64,000 nt of DNA, from contig CAWDXG010000001.1 of assembly GCA_963806225.1 (NCBI GenBank), forward strand, positions 640,001 to 704,000, read 5' to 3'. Shown in pieces: positions 37,813 to 48,094 of the stretch. Every line of letters begins with the position of its first letter. Position 1 is the stretch's first letter. The DNA is from an uncultured delta proteobacterium (GTDB lineage: Bacteria > Myxococcota_A > Polyangia > Polyangiales > Polyangiaceae). The notes beneath the pieces are model-generated. The model was not told where the DNA came from. It ran no database searches and saw only the letters and a program-made list of their open reading frames with translations. A program made the position numbers and the translations under genes.

Positions 37813-38842
37813 CGAGCTCGCGCGCGAGCTCGACACGACGGCACGCTTCGAGTCCCCGGCGGTCGGCGTGGAGCGGGCGATCGCGCTCGGCGGCGCGCTG
37901 TCGCTGCTGTGGTCCCTGGGGATCCTCGCGCTGGTGACGGGCGCCGTGCTGCACGTCGTGGCGGTGCCCGTGTGGGCCTACGTTGTGCTCTTCCTGGCGC
38001 CGATCCTGATCGCGCTCGGTCGGCGGCTCCTGCGCGGCATGTCCGCGCGGCGCGCACCCGGAGCGGTCTCCGTCGACGTCTCGGCTATCACGATCGACCG
38101 CGCCGGCGTGCGGCGGCAGCTGGCGTTTCCGCCCGAGCGCGAGGGCTGGTCCACTCCGCTCGCAGACGGGAGCGCTGTCGTCGGGCTGCGGGTGCGCGGC
38201 GGCGGGTTGGTCTGCTTCAGGATCGACCAGGGCGAGGCGGCGCGGGCCCTCGCGGCGGCCGGGGTGACGCCCGGCCGCCGCCCGCTCCGTTTCACGCTCG
38301 AGCGGCCGGGGCCGTGGAGCTTGTGGCTGCGCTGGCTCCAGGGAAAGCGCTGGGCGCGAGCCGGGCTCGTCACCATGCTGCTGGCGCTGGCCGCGCTCGA
38401 GCTCGCCCCGGCCCTGTATCCGCTTGCGTATCTCGTGGGGCTGGCTCTGTTCGTGGGCGAGCGCGCGCTCTGGGTGCGCGACCCGCCGCGCGTCGTGGTC
38501 GAAGAGGGTGCTCTCGGGCTCGCGGCGCTCGGCCATCGCAGCCGCGTGCCACTCGACCGCGTGGTGAGCGTGGACGCGACGCCGCGCGGGGTCGTGCTCA
38601 CGTCCGCCGATGGCGGCGAGCTGGTGCTGCCCATCGCGTCGGGCCGGCCCGAGCGACGCGGCCGGACCGGCTTCTGGGTGAGCGAAGCGGAGCTGCGCGA
38701 TTCCGAGCTGGCGCGGCAGGCGTCGCTCGTCGAGGCGTTGAAGCTCGCCTGCGCAGCCCTCGGAGAGGGGCAGGACGGCTATCGCGGAGCGGCCCTGCGT
38801 GGTTATGCTCGCGCCGCCCGGCTTCCGCCGGCCAAGTCATGA
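37793..38842 (+). CDS. Hypothetical membrane protein
   Basis: Two pairs of TM segments; overlaps both neighbours in operon fashion. Confidence 0.6.
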   Translation: MTPTASDELARELDTTARFESPAVGVERAIALGGALSLLWSLGILALVTGAVLHVVAVPVWAYVVLFLAPILIALGRRLLRGMSARRAPGAVSVDVSAITIDRAGVRRQLAFPPEREGWSTPLADGSAVVGLRVRGGGLVCFRIDQGEAARALAAAGVTPGRRPLRFTLERPGPWSLWLRWLQGKRWARAGLVTMLLALAALELAPALYPLAYLVGLALFVGERALWVRDPPRVVVEEGALGLAALGHRSRVPLDRVVSVDATPRGVVLTSADGGELVLPIASGRPERRGRTGFWVSEAELRDSELARQASLVEALKLACAALGEGQDGYRGAALRGYARAARLPPAKS

Positions 38843-38843
38843 C
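38776..38843 (+). repeat. Left copy of a 68-bp direct repeat (miaE promoter/start region)
   Basis: CGGCTATCGCGGAGCGGC[C/G]CTGCGTGGTTATGCT...CCAAGTCATGAC; one mismatch versus 44879..44946. Confidence 0.92.
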
Positions 38844-39231
38844 TGCTTCCGCGAAAGTCCCCAGCCGGCCTACCGCGTCGGCGATCACGCCCCTGCACCT
38901 GCGGTCGATGATCGGCGTGACACTCGTCGCGAGCGCGCTCGCCGGCTGCCACCGGTCGTTCAGCTTCAACGTCAGGGGCCCGCCGAAGACCGAGGTCGCG
39001 TTCGATTGCGGTGACCAGCGCATTCGTCTCACGCTCGACGCCAGCGGCGCGAGCTCGGCGAGCGCCGCCCCGAACCTGTGCAGCGTGTCGACCTCCGCGC
39101 CGATCACCGTGATCGCGCACTGCCACAGCAAGACCTGCGGCATCGGGACCCCGATCGCCTACACCCAGCTTACCGATGGCGAGACACGCACCTTTGCCAT
39201 CGAACCGCGCCCCACGATTCCATCGCCCTGA
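38839..39231 (+). CDS. Small hypothetical lipoprotein with a miaE-like N-terminus
   Basis: MTASAKVPSRPTA versus MiaE MTTSGTVPPRRRTA; lipobox LAGC. Confidence 0.5.
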   Translation: MTASAKVPSRPTASAITPLHLRSMIGVTLVASALAGCHRSFSFNVRGPPKTEVAFDCGDQRIRLTLDASGASSASAAPNLCSVSTSAPITVIAHCHSKTCGIGTPIAYTQLTDGETRTFAIEPRPTIPSP

Positions 39232-39297
39232 TCCCGAACGACGCGACTCAGGCGGAAAGCAGGCGGCCGCGCCGCCGGCGGCGCGGTCGGCGACACC

Positions 39298-41850
39298 TCA
39301 GGGCACCGTGCGGGTGTTCCAGGTGCCCAGATAGTCCTGGTGGGCCGCATCCGTCGGATACTCCTCCGGAGCACCGTAGGGGAAGTTCGACATCGCGGCG
39401 AAGGGCAAGGGCGACACCGTGTAGGGCACAAGACCGCCCTTGTCGAGGTTCGACTGCTTGTAGTAGCCCACGCTGGCGAAAGCGTAGAAGCGGCGCTCAC
39501 CGAGGGCGGGAGGGACTGGCGGCTGGAACTCGAGCGCCACTTCGTCTCCCGAACCGAAGATGGCGAACATGTCGTCGACGGCATCGAGCAGCGGACTCAC
39601 ATCGCCGTACTGGGTGTACGAGCCCGGCGCGAGCGGCCAGGAGAACGGTCCGGGCTTCGAGTAGGTGTACACGGGCAGGTCGCCGGCCGAGAAGAACGAG
39701 AACCCGTGGTAACCGAGGCTGGCGGAGAGCAGCGGCGCCTCGGAAATGGCAAGCGGCAGGTTGGGTGTCGTGTCGATCCAGATGGCGTCGAGCGCAGTCT
39801 TGTTCACCCAGCTCAGGCGCATCCGGTAGTCGTTGGTCGGGAAGATGTTCGTGATGTCGGCGGCCATGACCCGGGGGAACTCCTTCGGCCGGACGAGGGT
39901 CACCAGGGTCCGCGGAACGTCCACCCAGTTCTTGTTCGCATCGAGCACCTGGAGCCGGGTCTGCAGCCCCGTGGGATCCTGCTGGGCCCGGAAGGCGAAC
40001 CCCGCCTTGGTCGTCGGATAGCGCGAGCGACCGTCGACGATCAGCTTGATCACGGATGCTCCGGAGAGGTCACCGGGATCGATCTCGATGGTGTTCCAGT
40101 AGGGTTGGTTGTTGTCTTCGGAGAGCGTGACCACGTTGCCGTCGCTCGCGGCGAGCGCTGCCGTGACGTCGTCGCCCGTCTCCAGGTGGACAGCGCCGAG
40201 CAACGGTTTGCGCGTCGTGGCGATGCTGACCAGGCGCTGATCCAGCGCTATTGCAGGCCCCGGAACGTTGTTGGCCCAGGCGACGACCTGCCGGTCCTCG
40301 GGAACATCGACCGCGAACAGGCGGGCCTCGTCGAGGTAGTCGATCTCCTCCAACTCTTCGACCAGGCGCAACTCGAGCAGGCCACCTCTCGGGGTGAGCG
40401 AATTGCGCAGGACGTAGGCGTCGTTGGGGTCGGGCTTGCGATAGTGGTCGCCCAGGTACAGCCCCAGCGTGCCCGAGGTGTACATGTCGGACTCGAAGCC
40501 GAAATCCTGACCGTTCCAGGAATAGAGGATGGGGCACGAGAAGACGCTCGAGAGCAGCACGGTGCAGGTCCCCGTCGCGCTACAGCCCCACTTGTTCGTG
40601 TAGCAACCGTTGCTACCGCAGTCGTAGGTCTGTTTGCATGGGGTCTTGAGCGCCGCGAGTTGGGCGGGCGGGCAATCGGCGGAGGTTCCCGTGCACATCG
40701 AGGCGAGCACGCAACCGTGCTCGGCCGACGCACTACACTGGGTCGACGATGGCTGGTAGGTCGTGACGCATTTCCCGGAGCCGTCGCAGGTGTCTTGAAT
40801 CTTGCAAGGGCCGCTGGTTCCGGTCGAGCAGGCGGAGCCCTTTGGCGCGGGCGCCGAGCAGTCGTTCGTGGATTCGTTGCACGCTCCGTTGCAGCTGGAA
40901 TTGGTGCTGCTGACGCAGGGATCTCCCGCATGCTTGGTGCACGCGCCAGCGGTGCATTTGTCGGTGCCGTTGCAGTACACGCCGTCGTTGCAGCTCGTGC
41001 CATCCGCCTTGTCGGCGAGGCCACACTGCCCCGCGACGCAGGTAGCGCTCTGACAGGTTGGCGGCTTCGCGCACTCGCTTGCGTTGATGCACCCGACGCA
41101 TTTGCCAGCGCCATCGCAGTGCAGCCCAGCGCTGCCACCACATGGCGTGTTCTGCGACGCGGGGGAATTGCTCGGCTGGCCGTTGTTGCACTGGTCGGTG
41201 GTGCAGTCGTTGCCGTCGTCGGGAATGTCGGTGTCGTCGACTTGCTGCTGCTTGCCGCCGTTGCCGTCGCACACTTCGACGTGGCAGTCGCCCGGTGTCT
41301 GCGTCGCGAGCGGGGCGCCCGTCGGCGCGAAGGTCTGCCCACAGGCGCCGAGCAAGCACGTCCGCGTCTGGCACTCGTCGTCAGCGGGCAGCGACGTGCA
41401 ATCGCTCGCGGAGGAGCACTCGACGCATTCCGACGTGACGCCGCCGGAGCAGACGACGCCGCCGTTGGTGCTGCATGCCGTCCCAGCCGCCACTCCCGTG
41501 AAGGTGGGTACGCCCTCCGCGCAGCCGTCCTTGGTGCAATCGTTTGCGTCGTCGGGAAGGTCGGTGTCGTCGGCCAGCTCGAACGCGTGGCCGTTCGCGC
41601 AGGCAGCGGTCTTGCAGTCGCCGGTCACCTGCTCCGGTGCCACGCCATCGGCCGCGGCCGTGTGGGAGCAGGCGCCGGATGTGCACTCGTCGACGGTGCA
41701 GGCGTTGTTGTCGTCGCAGTCCTGCGCCGTGCTGCAGCCGTTCCGCCCACTCTTCAGGGAATCGCCACTGTAGTAGCAGGCACTGACCAGCGTGGCCCCG
41801 ATGAAGATCGAGGCCAAGGCGAGACGCGGAAGATCCAGGGAAGACCTCAT
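39298..41850 (-). CDS. Large Cys-rich repeat lipoprotein with a C-terminal SCPxLYxWNG domain
   Basis: Lipobox VSAC, DDxNxCTxDxC repeats, disintegrin-like segments, then a globular domain of about 420 aa starting SCPILYSWNG. Confidence 0.75.
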   Translation of the reverse strand: MRSSLDLPRLALASIFIGATLVSACYYSGDSLKSGRNGCSTAQDCDDNNACTVDECTSGACSHTAAADGVAPEQVTGDCKTAACANGHAFELADDTDLPDDANDCTKDGCAEGVPTFTGVAAGTACSTNGGVVCSGGVTSECVECSSASDCTSLPADDECQTRTCLLGACGQTFAPTGAPLATQTPGDCHVEVCDGNGGKQQQVDDTDIPDDGNDCTTDQCNNGQPSNSPASQNTPCGGSAGLHCDGAGKCVGCINASECAKPPTCQSATCVAGQCGLADKADGTSCNDGVYCNGTDKCTAGACTKHAGDPCVSSTNSSCNGACNESTNDCSAPAPKGSACSTGTSGPCKIQDTCDGSGKCVTTYQPSSTQCSASAEHGCVLASMCTGTSADCPPAQLAALKTPCKQTYDCGSNGCYTNKWGCSATGTCTVLLSSVFSCPILYSWNGQDFGFESDMYTSGTLGLYLGDHYRKPDPNDAYVLRNSLTPRGGLLELRLVEELEEIDYLDEARLFAVDVPEDRQVVAWANNVPGPAIALDQRLVSIATTRKPLLGAVHLETGDDVTAALAASDGNVVTLSEDNNQPYWNTIEIDPGDLSGASVIKLIVDGRSRYPTTKAGFAFRAQQDPTGLQTRLQVLDANKNWVDVPRTLVTLVRPKEFPRVMAADITNIFPTNDYRMRLSWVNKTALDAIWIDTTPNLPLAISEAPLLSASLGYHGFSFFSAGDLPVYTYSKPGPFSWPLAPGSYTQYGDVSPLLDAVDDMFAIFGSGDEVALEFQPPVPPALGERRFYAFASVGYYKQSNLDKGGLVPYTVSPLPFAAMSNFPYGAPEEYPTDAAHQDYLGTWNTRTVP

Positions 41851-42216
41851 CGACGAGCCGTCAACGTAGCTCCTGCCCCGTGCCGACCTCGCCCTCGGGC
41901 AAATTCTGCGGCGCCGGCGCGGCGCACCCACCCGCCATGACCAGGGCCGCGGCGAATGCGAGGAACCCCGGCAATCTCATGGGCGGTCGAGTAGTCATCC
42001 ATCCCCACCGTAGCGCAGCTCACGAAAAGAATAGCACGGCCACGCCGTTCTTGCTGCGCCGCATCGGCTACCTCGCGCATCCGCCGATGAAAATGCGCCG
42101 CTGCGACCTCCTCACGCCCCGCGCCGATAGCCCGTTGAGCACGGAGGCGACGACGACTTCTCCGCCGCCCTTCCGCGAGCCGAGCTCGACGATGAAGAAC
42201 GCGGATGGCGCGGGCT

Positions 42217-44733
42217 TCAGGCGACCGTTGGCTCGGCTTCCCGCAGCGAGCTTGCGCTCGTTATCCAGGCAAGCGCGAGCTCACGTCGCAGGGCGTCGGG
42301 ACTGATCGGCTTGGTCAGATACCCGGTCATCCCCGCCGCCAGGCAACGCTCGCGGTCTCCCCGCATGGCTTGTGCCGTCAGCGCAATCACCGGCTGCTCG
42401 AAACCCCTGGCCCGCAGCCGACGGGTGGCCTCGAGTCCGTCCAGCATCGGCATCTGGATGTCCATCAGCACCACGTCGTAGGCCTCGCATTCGGCGGCGG
42501 CCAGTGCCGCTTGGCCATCGACGACGGCGTGCACGGCATGACCCTCGAGCTCCAGCAGCCTGGTCACCAGCAAACGGTTGACGGCGTTGTCCTCGGCTAC
42601 CAGAACCCGCAGCGTCGTCTCCAGGCGCGCCGGCGCGGGCTGGGCAGCGGGCACGGCCTCACCCGACCGGTCGACCGCGAGCGGCACCCTTAGTCGGAAG
42701 GTGCTGCCCACCCCCAACTCGCTCTTCAAGCTCAGGGTCCCGCCCATCGCCTGGGCCAATCGCTTCGCGATGGCCAACCCCAGGCCGCTACCACCGTGGC
42801 GACGATTGGTCGCACCATCGACCTGGCGGAAGGTCTCGAACACCGCCTCCCGCTGGTCTTCGCGGATGCCGATGCCCGTGTCCGACACGGAGATGTCCGC
42901 GTTTGCCACGCCGTCCAGGCCGGCCGTGCTGCAACGAACGCTCAGGGTCACGCGCCCCTGCTTGGTGAACTTGAGCGCATTCCCCAGCAGGTTGGTCAGC
43001 ACCTGTCGCAGGCGCACCTGATCGCCGATCAGCCGCGCCGGCGGCTCCTGGATCTCGAGGTGCAGCCGGAGGCCCGCCTGGGCGGCCTGGTATTCGAACG
43101 GTGGCACCAGCCCCCTCACCAGCTCGGTCAGATCGAAGCTGCTCGGGTACAGCTCCAATCGGTCTTGCTCGATGCGCGACATGTCCAGAACATCCCCGAT
43201 CAGCTCCTGCAGAACGTCCGCCGAACGCCTGGCTGTGCGCAGGTACTGCTCTCGATCGGAATCGTCGTTCAGGGCCAAGTCCAGCATGCCGATCACACCG
43301 TTCAGTGGCGTCCTCAGCTCATGGCTCATGGCCGCCAGGAAGCTTTCCTTGGCTCGCCCAGCGACTTCGGCAGCTTCCTTGGCGCGTTGCAGCTCCATGC
43401 TGGCTTGGACTTGCTCGGTGATGTCTTGCACCTGCGCGATCAGCGTCACCACCGCGTCCGAGGCGTCGCGAGCGGCCGCCACGCTGACCAGCCCCCAGAT
43501 GACATGCCCCGCCCTGTGCAGGTAGCGCTTCTCCATCTGGTAGCTGTCAAGCTCACCAGCGACCAGGCGCTTGAGTTGCCTCAGCTCCGGCTCGAGGTCG
43601 TCAGGGTGGGTGAGCACGCGAAAGTCCATCCCAGCAAGCTCGCTGGGCTCGTACCCGAGCATCTCGGCGAACGCGCGGTTGACGCGCTGGATGCCTCCCG
43701 AGGACATCCCCAGCGCTATTCCAACGCCCGCGTGCTCGAACGAGCTACGGAACCGCGCTTCGCTTTCGCCGAGGGCGTCCAGGGTGCGGCGGATGTCGCT
43801 CACGTCGCGGACCACGGCCACCAGGTAGCTCTCGTGCCCGTAGTCGAGCCGCGCCTTCTTGGTGCTGATAAAGCGCACGTTTCCGTCCCCGTCCGTGATC
43901 GGCTCCTCGTTCACGTCGGGCGTTCCAGTGGAAAACACCTGCTCGTCCCGCTCCCGGGATACCCGCGCCTGCTCCTCGGGGAAGACGTCGAAATCCGACC
44001 GACCCAACAACGCGCTGGCTGGCTGACCGAACAGCCGACATGCCGGCTCGTTGACCACGACCCAGCGGTGCTGCGAATCCTTGACGAATACGGGGTCGGG
44101 TATGTGGTCGAGCACGCCTTCGAGAAATCCGAATGCGTGCTGCACGCGTGCCTCCATGGCCTCGTTGCTGCGTTGACGCCGCCACACCGCTGCCGCGGTC
44201 AGTGCGAAGATCGACACGACGCCCCCCACGAACAGCACCTCGCGCTCCAGCGGCGCCGACGACATCGCAGCAGCCCCCAACGCCAGGGCCGTGGTGAGGA
44301 CTGCATAGATGGCAATGGCCCGCACCGAGACGAAGAACACACTCACCGCGGCCAACGCCACGAACGCACCGACCAGGTACAACCAATCCAGATCGTTGCG
44401 CGCGACCAACGTCATGTAGTGCGCGGTAAGCACCCCCATCGCCCCGTATATGACCAGTGCCAAGTGCCGTCTGATCGGCTCGTACGGTGCGAGCAGCGCC
44501 AACACCGCACAGGCGACACCGACCAACCCGCGTTCCCACAGCGAGTCCCGAGCGTCGGGCACGAACAGCAACGGCAGTACGTACCAGACCGGGTACAAAA
44601 GGCCGATCAACCCCAACAGGAGTCGCGACGCCGTCAGATCCTGGTCGGGGCGGAAGCGCGCGTCGATCGCTCTGGCGACTTGTGCCACATCGGTCAGTAC
44701 GGCCGGCCAGTTTCGCGCAATAAGGGCTACCAC
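42217..44733 (-). CDS. Membrane hybrid histidine kinase (TM-PAS-PAS-HisKA-HATPase-REC)
   Basis: MSHELRTPLN, NLLGNALKFT, DTGIGI, GSGLGL, AEDN..MD..KP motifs. Confidence 0.92.
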   Translation of the reverse strand: MVALIARNWPAVLTDVAQVARAIDARFRPDQDLTASRLLLGLIGLLYPVWYVLPLLFVPDARDSLWERGLVGVACAVLALLAPYEPIRRHLALVIYGAMGVLTAHYMTLVARNDLDWLYLVGAFVALAAVSVFFVSVRAIAIYAVLTTALALGAAAMSSAPLEREVLFVGGVVSIFALTAAAVWRRQRSNEAMEARVQHAFGFLEGVLDHIPDPVFVKDSQHRWVVVNEPACRLFGQPASALLGRSDFDVFPEEQARVSRERDEQVFSTGTPDVNEEPITDGDGNVRFISTKKARLDYGHESYLVAVVRDVSDIRRTLDALGESEARFRSSFEHAGVGIALGMSSGGIQRVNRAFAEMLGYEPSELAGMDFRVLTHPDDLEPELRQLKRLVAGELDSYQMEKRYLHRAGHVIWGLVSVAAARDASDAVVTLIAQVQDITEQVQASMELQRAKEAAEVAGRAKESFLAAMSHELRTPLNGVIGMLDLALNDDSDREQYLRTARRSADVLQELIGDVLDMSRIEQDRLELYPSSFDLTELVRGLVPPFEYQAAQAGLRLHLEIQEPPARLIGDQVRLRQVLTNLLGNALKFTKQGRVTLSVRCSTAGLDGVANADISVSDTGIGIREDQREAVFETFRQVDGATNRRHGGSGLGLAIAKRLAQAMGGTLSLKSELGVGSTFRLRVPLAVDRSGEAVPAAQPAPARLETTLRVLVAEDNAVNRLLVTRLLELEGHAVHAVVDGQAALAAAECEAYDVVLMDIQMPMLDGLEATRRLRARGFEQPVIALTAQAMRGDRERCLAAGMTGYLTKPISPDALRRELALAWITSASSLREAEPTVA

Positions 44734-44878
44734 CCACTGCCGAGAGCAGCGCTCCCCGTTTCCAGGCTGCGGCCGCGCGACTCAGGAGAGTACGTCTGGC
44801 GCCACGAGATGATTGGCGAGCAGAAGCCTCCCGCTGATGGGCTGGCGGACGAGCATGTTCTCGGCGATGAGCACAGGG

Positions 44879-44946
44879 CGGCTATCGCGGAGCGGCGCTG
44901 CGTGGTTATGCTCGCGCCGCCCGGCTTCCGCCGGCCAAGTCATGAC
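44879..44946 (+). repeat. Right copy of the 68-bp direct repeat
   Basis: Matches 38776..38843 with one mismatch; contains TATGCT and the miaE ATG. Confidence 0.92.
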
Positions 44947-45562
44947 CACTTCCGGTACCGTCCCGCCCCGCCGCCGTACCGCGGACGCCTTGCTGCGCTC
45001 GTCGAGTGACGCGCGTTGGGCGAAGGTCGCCGCCGACGCTCTCGACGACACCCTGGCTGACCACGCCCACTGCGAGAAGAAGGCCGCCGCCAGCGCGATC
45101 GCACTCATCAACGACTACCCGGGCGACACGCGGCTCGTGCATGCGCTCGGGCACCTCGCCGAGGAGGAGATCGGTCACTTCCGGGAGATCCACGCCGAGC
45201 TCGTCGAGCGCGGCGCCACGCTGCCACGTGATCGCGGTGACCCGTACGTCAAACAGCTGCTCGCCCACCAGCGAAGGCCCGCTCACGAGCGCAAGCTCGA
45301 CCGCCTGCTGGTATGCGCGCTCATCGAAGCGCGCTCGTGTGAGCGTTTCCAGCTGCTAGGCGCCGAGCTTGGCGCCCGCGGAGAGAGCGAGCTTGCCGCG
45401 CGCTTCCGCCGCCTCGAGTCCAGCGAAGCCGGCCACGCCGCGCTCTTCGTCAAGCTCGCGCGCGACGAGTTCGGGGGTGCTGCGGACGCGCGGCTGGACG
45501 AGCTGGCGGTGGCCGAGGCGGGGATTGTCGCCGAGCTGCCGATCGTAGCGCGGATACACTGA
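44942..45562 (+). CDS. miaE: tRNA-(ms2io6A)-hydroxylase
   Basis: DHAHCEKKAA, EExxHF, LIEARSCERF, EAGH di-iron motifs. Confidence 0.9.
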   Translation: MTTSGTVPPRRRTADALLRSSSDARWAKVAADALDDTLADHAHCEKKAAASAIALINDYPGDTRLVHALGHLAEEEIGHFREIHAELVERGATLPRDRGDPYVKQLLAHQRRPAHERKLDRLLVCALIEARSCERFQLLGAELGARGESELAARFRRLESSEAGHAALFVKLARDEFGGAADARLDELAVAEAGIVAELPIVARIH

Positions 45563-45692
45563 GAGCGGCTATCAACGGCGCGTCATCAACTTCTACAGTC
45601 TGCACGCGCTGTTCCCCGAGGAAATGAGCCTGAAGCTGAACAGGGGAACCGACGCCGCCGCGCCGGTGCGGACGCGCGCTATCGCATGCACG

Positions 45693-47900
45693 TCACCCTA
45701 CAGATTTGCGACGACGTACCCAGTCGCGAGCGAGCCATCCCGCGAACAGGGCAAGGGCCAGTGCGGCCAGGGCGAGCCCGCGTTCGAGCGAGCGCGGTCG
45801 ATACGCGACGGTCACGGGCCCGCGAGTGCCGGCTGGAACGGAAACGGCGACGAGCGTCCCCAGGTACTGCTGGACGGGTGCTTCCACGCCGTCGACGCGA
45901 GCTCGGTAGCCGGGGTACGCCACGCGCTTGAACACAACGAGCGCCGGTCGGGCTAGCGGTGCGGACAACGTTACCGTCGCTGCGGTATCGGATTCCTCGA
46001 GATGTAGCCCGGGCTGCGAAAGATGCTTGTCGCGTGCGCTCTCGTCGAGAAGCCACGCGCGCGGTGCCGGCGTAGCGCCCTTGTGAAGCACCAAGCCGCC
46101 CTTGACCTTCCCGGCGGGTGACCATCCGTGGGAGACAAGCTTGCCGATCGCCTTCTTCCCCAGGTCGGGCGTTACGACGAGGCCGTCGACGCCGAGTCGG
46201 TCAAGGATGGTGCCGTCGTCGACGAACGCGTGAGCCGCCCGCGGCGCGGCGGCGCAGCTACACAACCAGCCATGGGTATCGAACGGAAACGTCCTCCATA
46301 CAACCCGGGGACCAAGCGGCGAATACCCGTTGACGAAGGACAGCCCCGAGAGCAATGCCAGGTTGCCGAACCGGAGCTGCGCGTTGAACCCGACGGGCGG
46401 CGTCGCGACCGACGGGCTCCAGACCAGCGCCAGGTACGTGCGCGCCGGATCCAGAGGTCCGTGAGCAGCGAGCGCCTGCGTCAGCTTCCAGGTAGTGCTG
46501 TCCGACGCTGGGCTGACGTACAGGGTGAACAGCGTTGCGGACACCGCGATCGCCGAGGGCGCGCTCGCGCGCAGTCTGCGCAGCCGCGACGCGCTGGCCA
46601 GATACCAGAACCCACAACCAAGCACTGCGGCGAAGACCACTCGGGCCACGGCGGTCCACTGCGCGGCGCCGGACCCCAGGAGCGGCAGCGATGACGCGAC
46701 CACGAGCAGGAGGCAGATGGCACCCGGGTGCAGTATCAACCGTCGCACCTTGGCCAGCGGCTCGCGACGCGACGCCTTGTCCGGCGCCAGGGCATCGAGC
46801 GCTTTCGCCGCCACTAGCGCGAGCGCGAGATGCCAGAGCGGCAACCACCGGAACGACCAGCGGAAGGGCGCCCGGCTGGGCAAGCTTGCGAGCACGAGGG
46901 CGAGCAAGGCGACCCCCATCCAGGCCCTGGTTGCGCCAAGCAACGCTGCACGCGACGACCTTGCGAGCCACGCCGAGGCAATCACCGCCAGACCGACGAC
47001 GCTGAGCAGCTCCGGTGCGACACGAAAGACAAGGTGGTCGACTCCGTGCCAGTTGGCATGCCAGATCGGCGTCAGCAGCCCTGGCAGCGCACCGAGCGGA
47101 ACCGTCCACGCGTGAACGGTGCCGGGGAGGGATCGGAGCCGCACGCTCGCGGCAGCGTATTGTCGGAGCATGAGCAGTGCGGGCGCGGCAAGACCCAAGC
47201 CCAGCGCTGCGGCGAAGACGGCGGTGGCCGCCCACCTCACGTCCCGCGTGCGGCGGACCTTGTCGACGACGAGCCACGAGCCGACCAGCCCCGCGATGCC
47301 CACAGTATAGGGCCATCCGGCAACGGCGGTCGCGTAGGTGATTGGCGTGACGAGTAGCGGACGTCCGCAGCGCCGGAGCGCCCACGCCAGCCACGGTACC
47401 CACGCGAAGCTGGCCAGCGCCGGATACCACGGGACCGCCCAACGCAACGTCCAGCCGTTGAAGGTTGCCAGCATTGCCGCGAACACGGCCGCCGAGATCG
47501 AGGTTCCTTCGACACGCGCCAGGCGGAACGTCCCCGCCGCGAGCCACGCGACAGGAACCGCCACAAGCACGAACGCCGTGCCGCGGAGCGACCCTCCAAT
47601 CGACCACGCAAGCACATCCGTGGTCACGGCGAAGATGGAGAACACCCCGTGCTGGTACTCGGCTGCCAGAGCCCCACCGAACCACGAGCGCGGCGTCATC
47701 AACGCGAGGTGCCCGTGCTTCGCGGCGAGCCAGACCTCGCGCGACGCGCCGAGGTATTGCGCCATCATGTCGTCGCGGAAGCACGTGGCCGGGTCGACTG
47801 CGACGACTGCGGCAAGGACGACAACCGCGAGCGCGGCGACCGCGACCGTGATCTGCGCCTCGCGGGTGGTGGCCCGACTCATGGCGTCACCATAGGGCAT
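45693..47900 (-). CDS. YfhO-like polytopic membrane protein (GT-C-like)
   Basis: Many TM segments, DD motif after TM1, NGYSP, YPGY.A.VDG, terminal YRP followed by a TM helix. Confidence 0.65.
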   Translation of the reverse strand: MPYGDAMSRATTREAQITVAVAALAVVVLAAVVAVDPATCFRDDMMAQYLGASREVWLAAKHGHLALMTPRSWFGGALAAEYQHGVFSIFAVTTDVLAWSIGGSLRGTAFVLVAVPVAWLAAGTFRLARVEGTSISAAVFAAMLATFNGWTLRWAVPWYPALASFAWVPWLAWALRRCGRPLLVTPITYATAVAGWPYTVGIAGLVGSWLVVDKVRRTRDVRWAATAVFAAALGLGLAAPALLMLRQYAAASVRLRSLPGTVHAWTVPLGALPGLLTPIWHANWHGVDHLVFRVAPELLSVVGLAVIASAWLARSSRAALLGATRAWMGVALLALVLASLPSRAPFRWSFRWLPLWHLALALVAAKALDALAPDKASRREPLAKVRRLILHPGAICLLLVVASSLPLLGSGAAQWTAVARVVFAAVLGCGFWYLASASRLRRLRASAPSAIAVSATLFTLYVSPASDSTTWKLTQALAAHGPLDPARTYLALVWSPSVATPPVGFNAQLRFGNLALLSGLSFVNGYSPLGPRVVWRTFPFDTHGWLCSCAAAPRAAHAFVDDGTILDRLGVDGLVVTPDLGKKAIGKLVSHGWSPAGKVKGGLVLHKGATPAPRAWLLDESARDKHLSQPGLHLEESDTAATVTLSAPLARPALVVFKRVAYPGYRARVDGVEAPVQQYLGTLVAVSVPAGTRGPVTVAYRPRSLERGLALAALALALFAGWLARDWVRRRKSVG

Positions 47901-48094
47901 GCGTCGCGCACGACACGAGCGTCATCTCCGACGCCATCGGCGTTCGCGTCACGCGGTTCCGCGCCGGGCCGGCATCCAGCGCAACTCGTCAAGGCTCGAT
48001 TATTTGAGTTGTGTCAGCCCGTTACGCGCCCGGAGGCCCAACTGCGAGCGCGTTTGGGTGGTATGGTATTCCAGTCAATCATGGAAAGGGAGTC

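Noticed and set aside
41950..42215. Coding-like minus-strand fragment (SAFFIVELG..EVVVASVLNGL..NGVAVLFFS)
   Set aside because: Interrupted by stops and too short to assign a family; at most decayed debris inside the insert.
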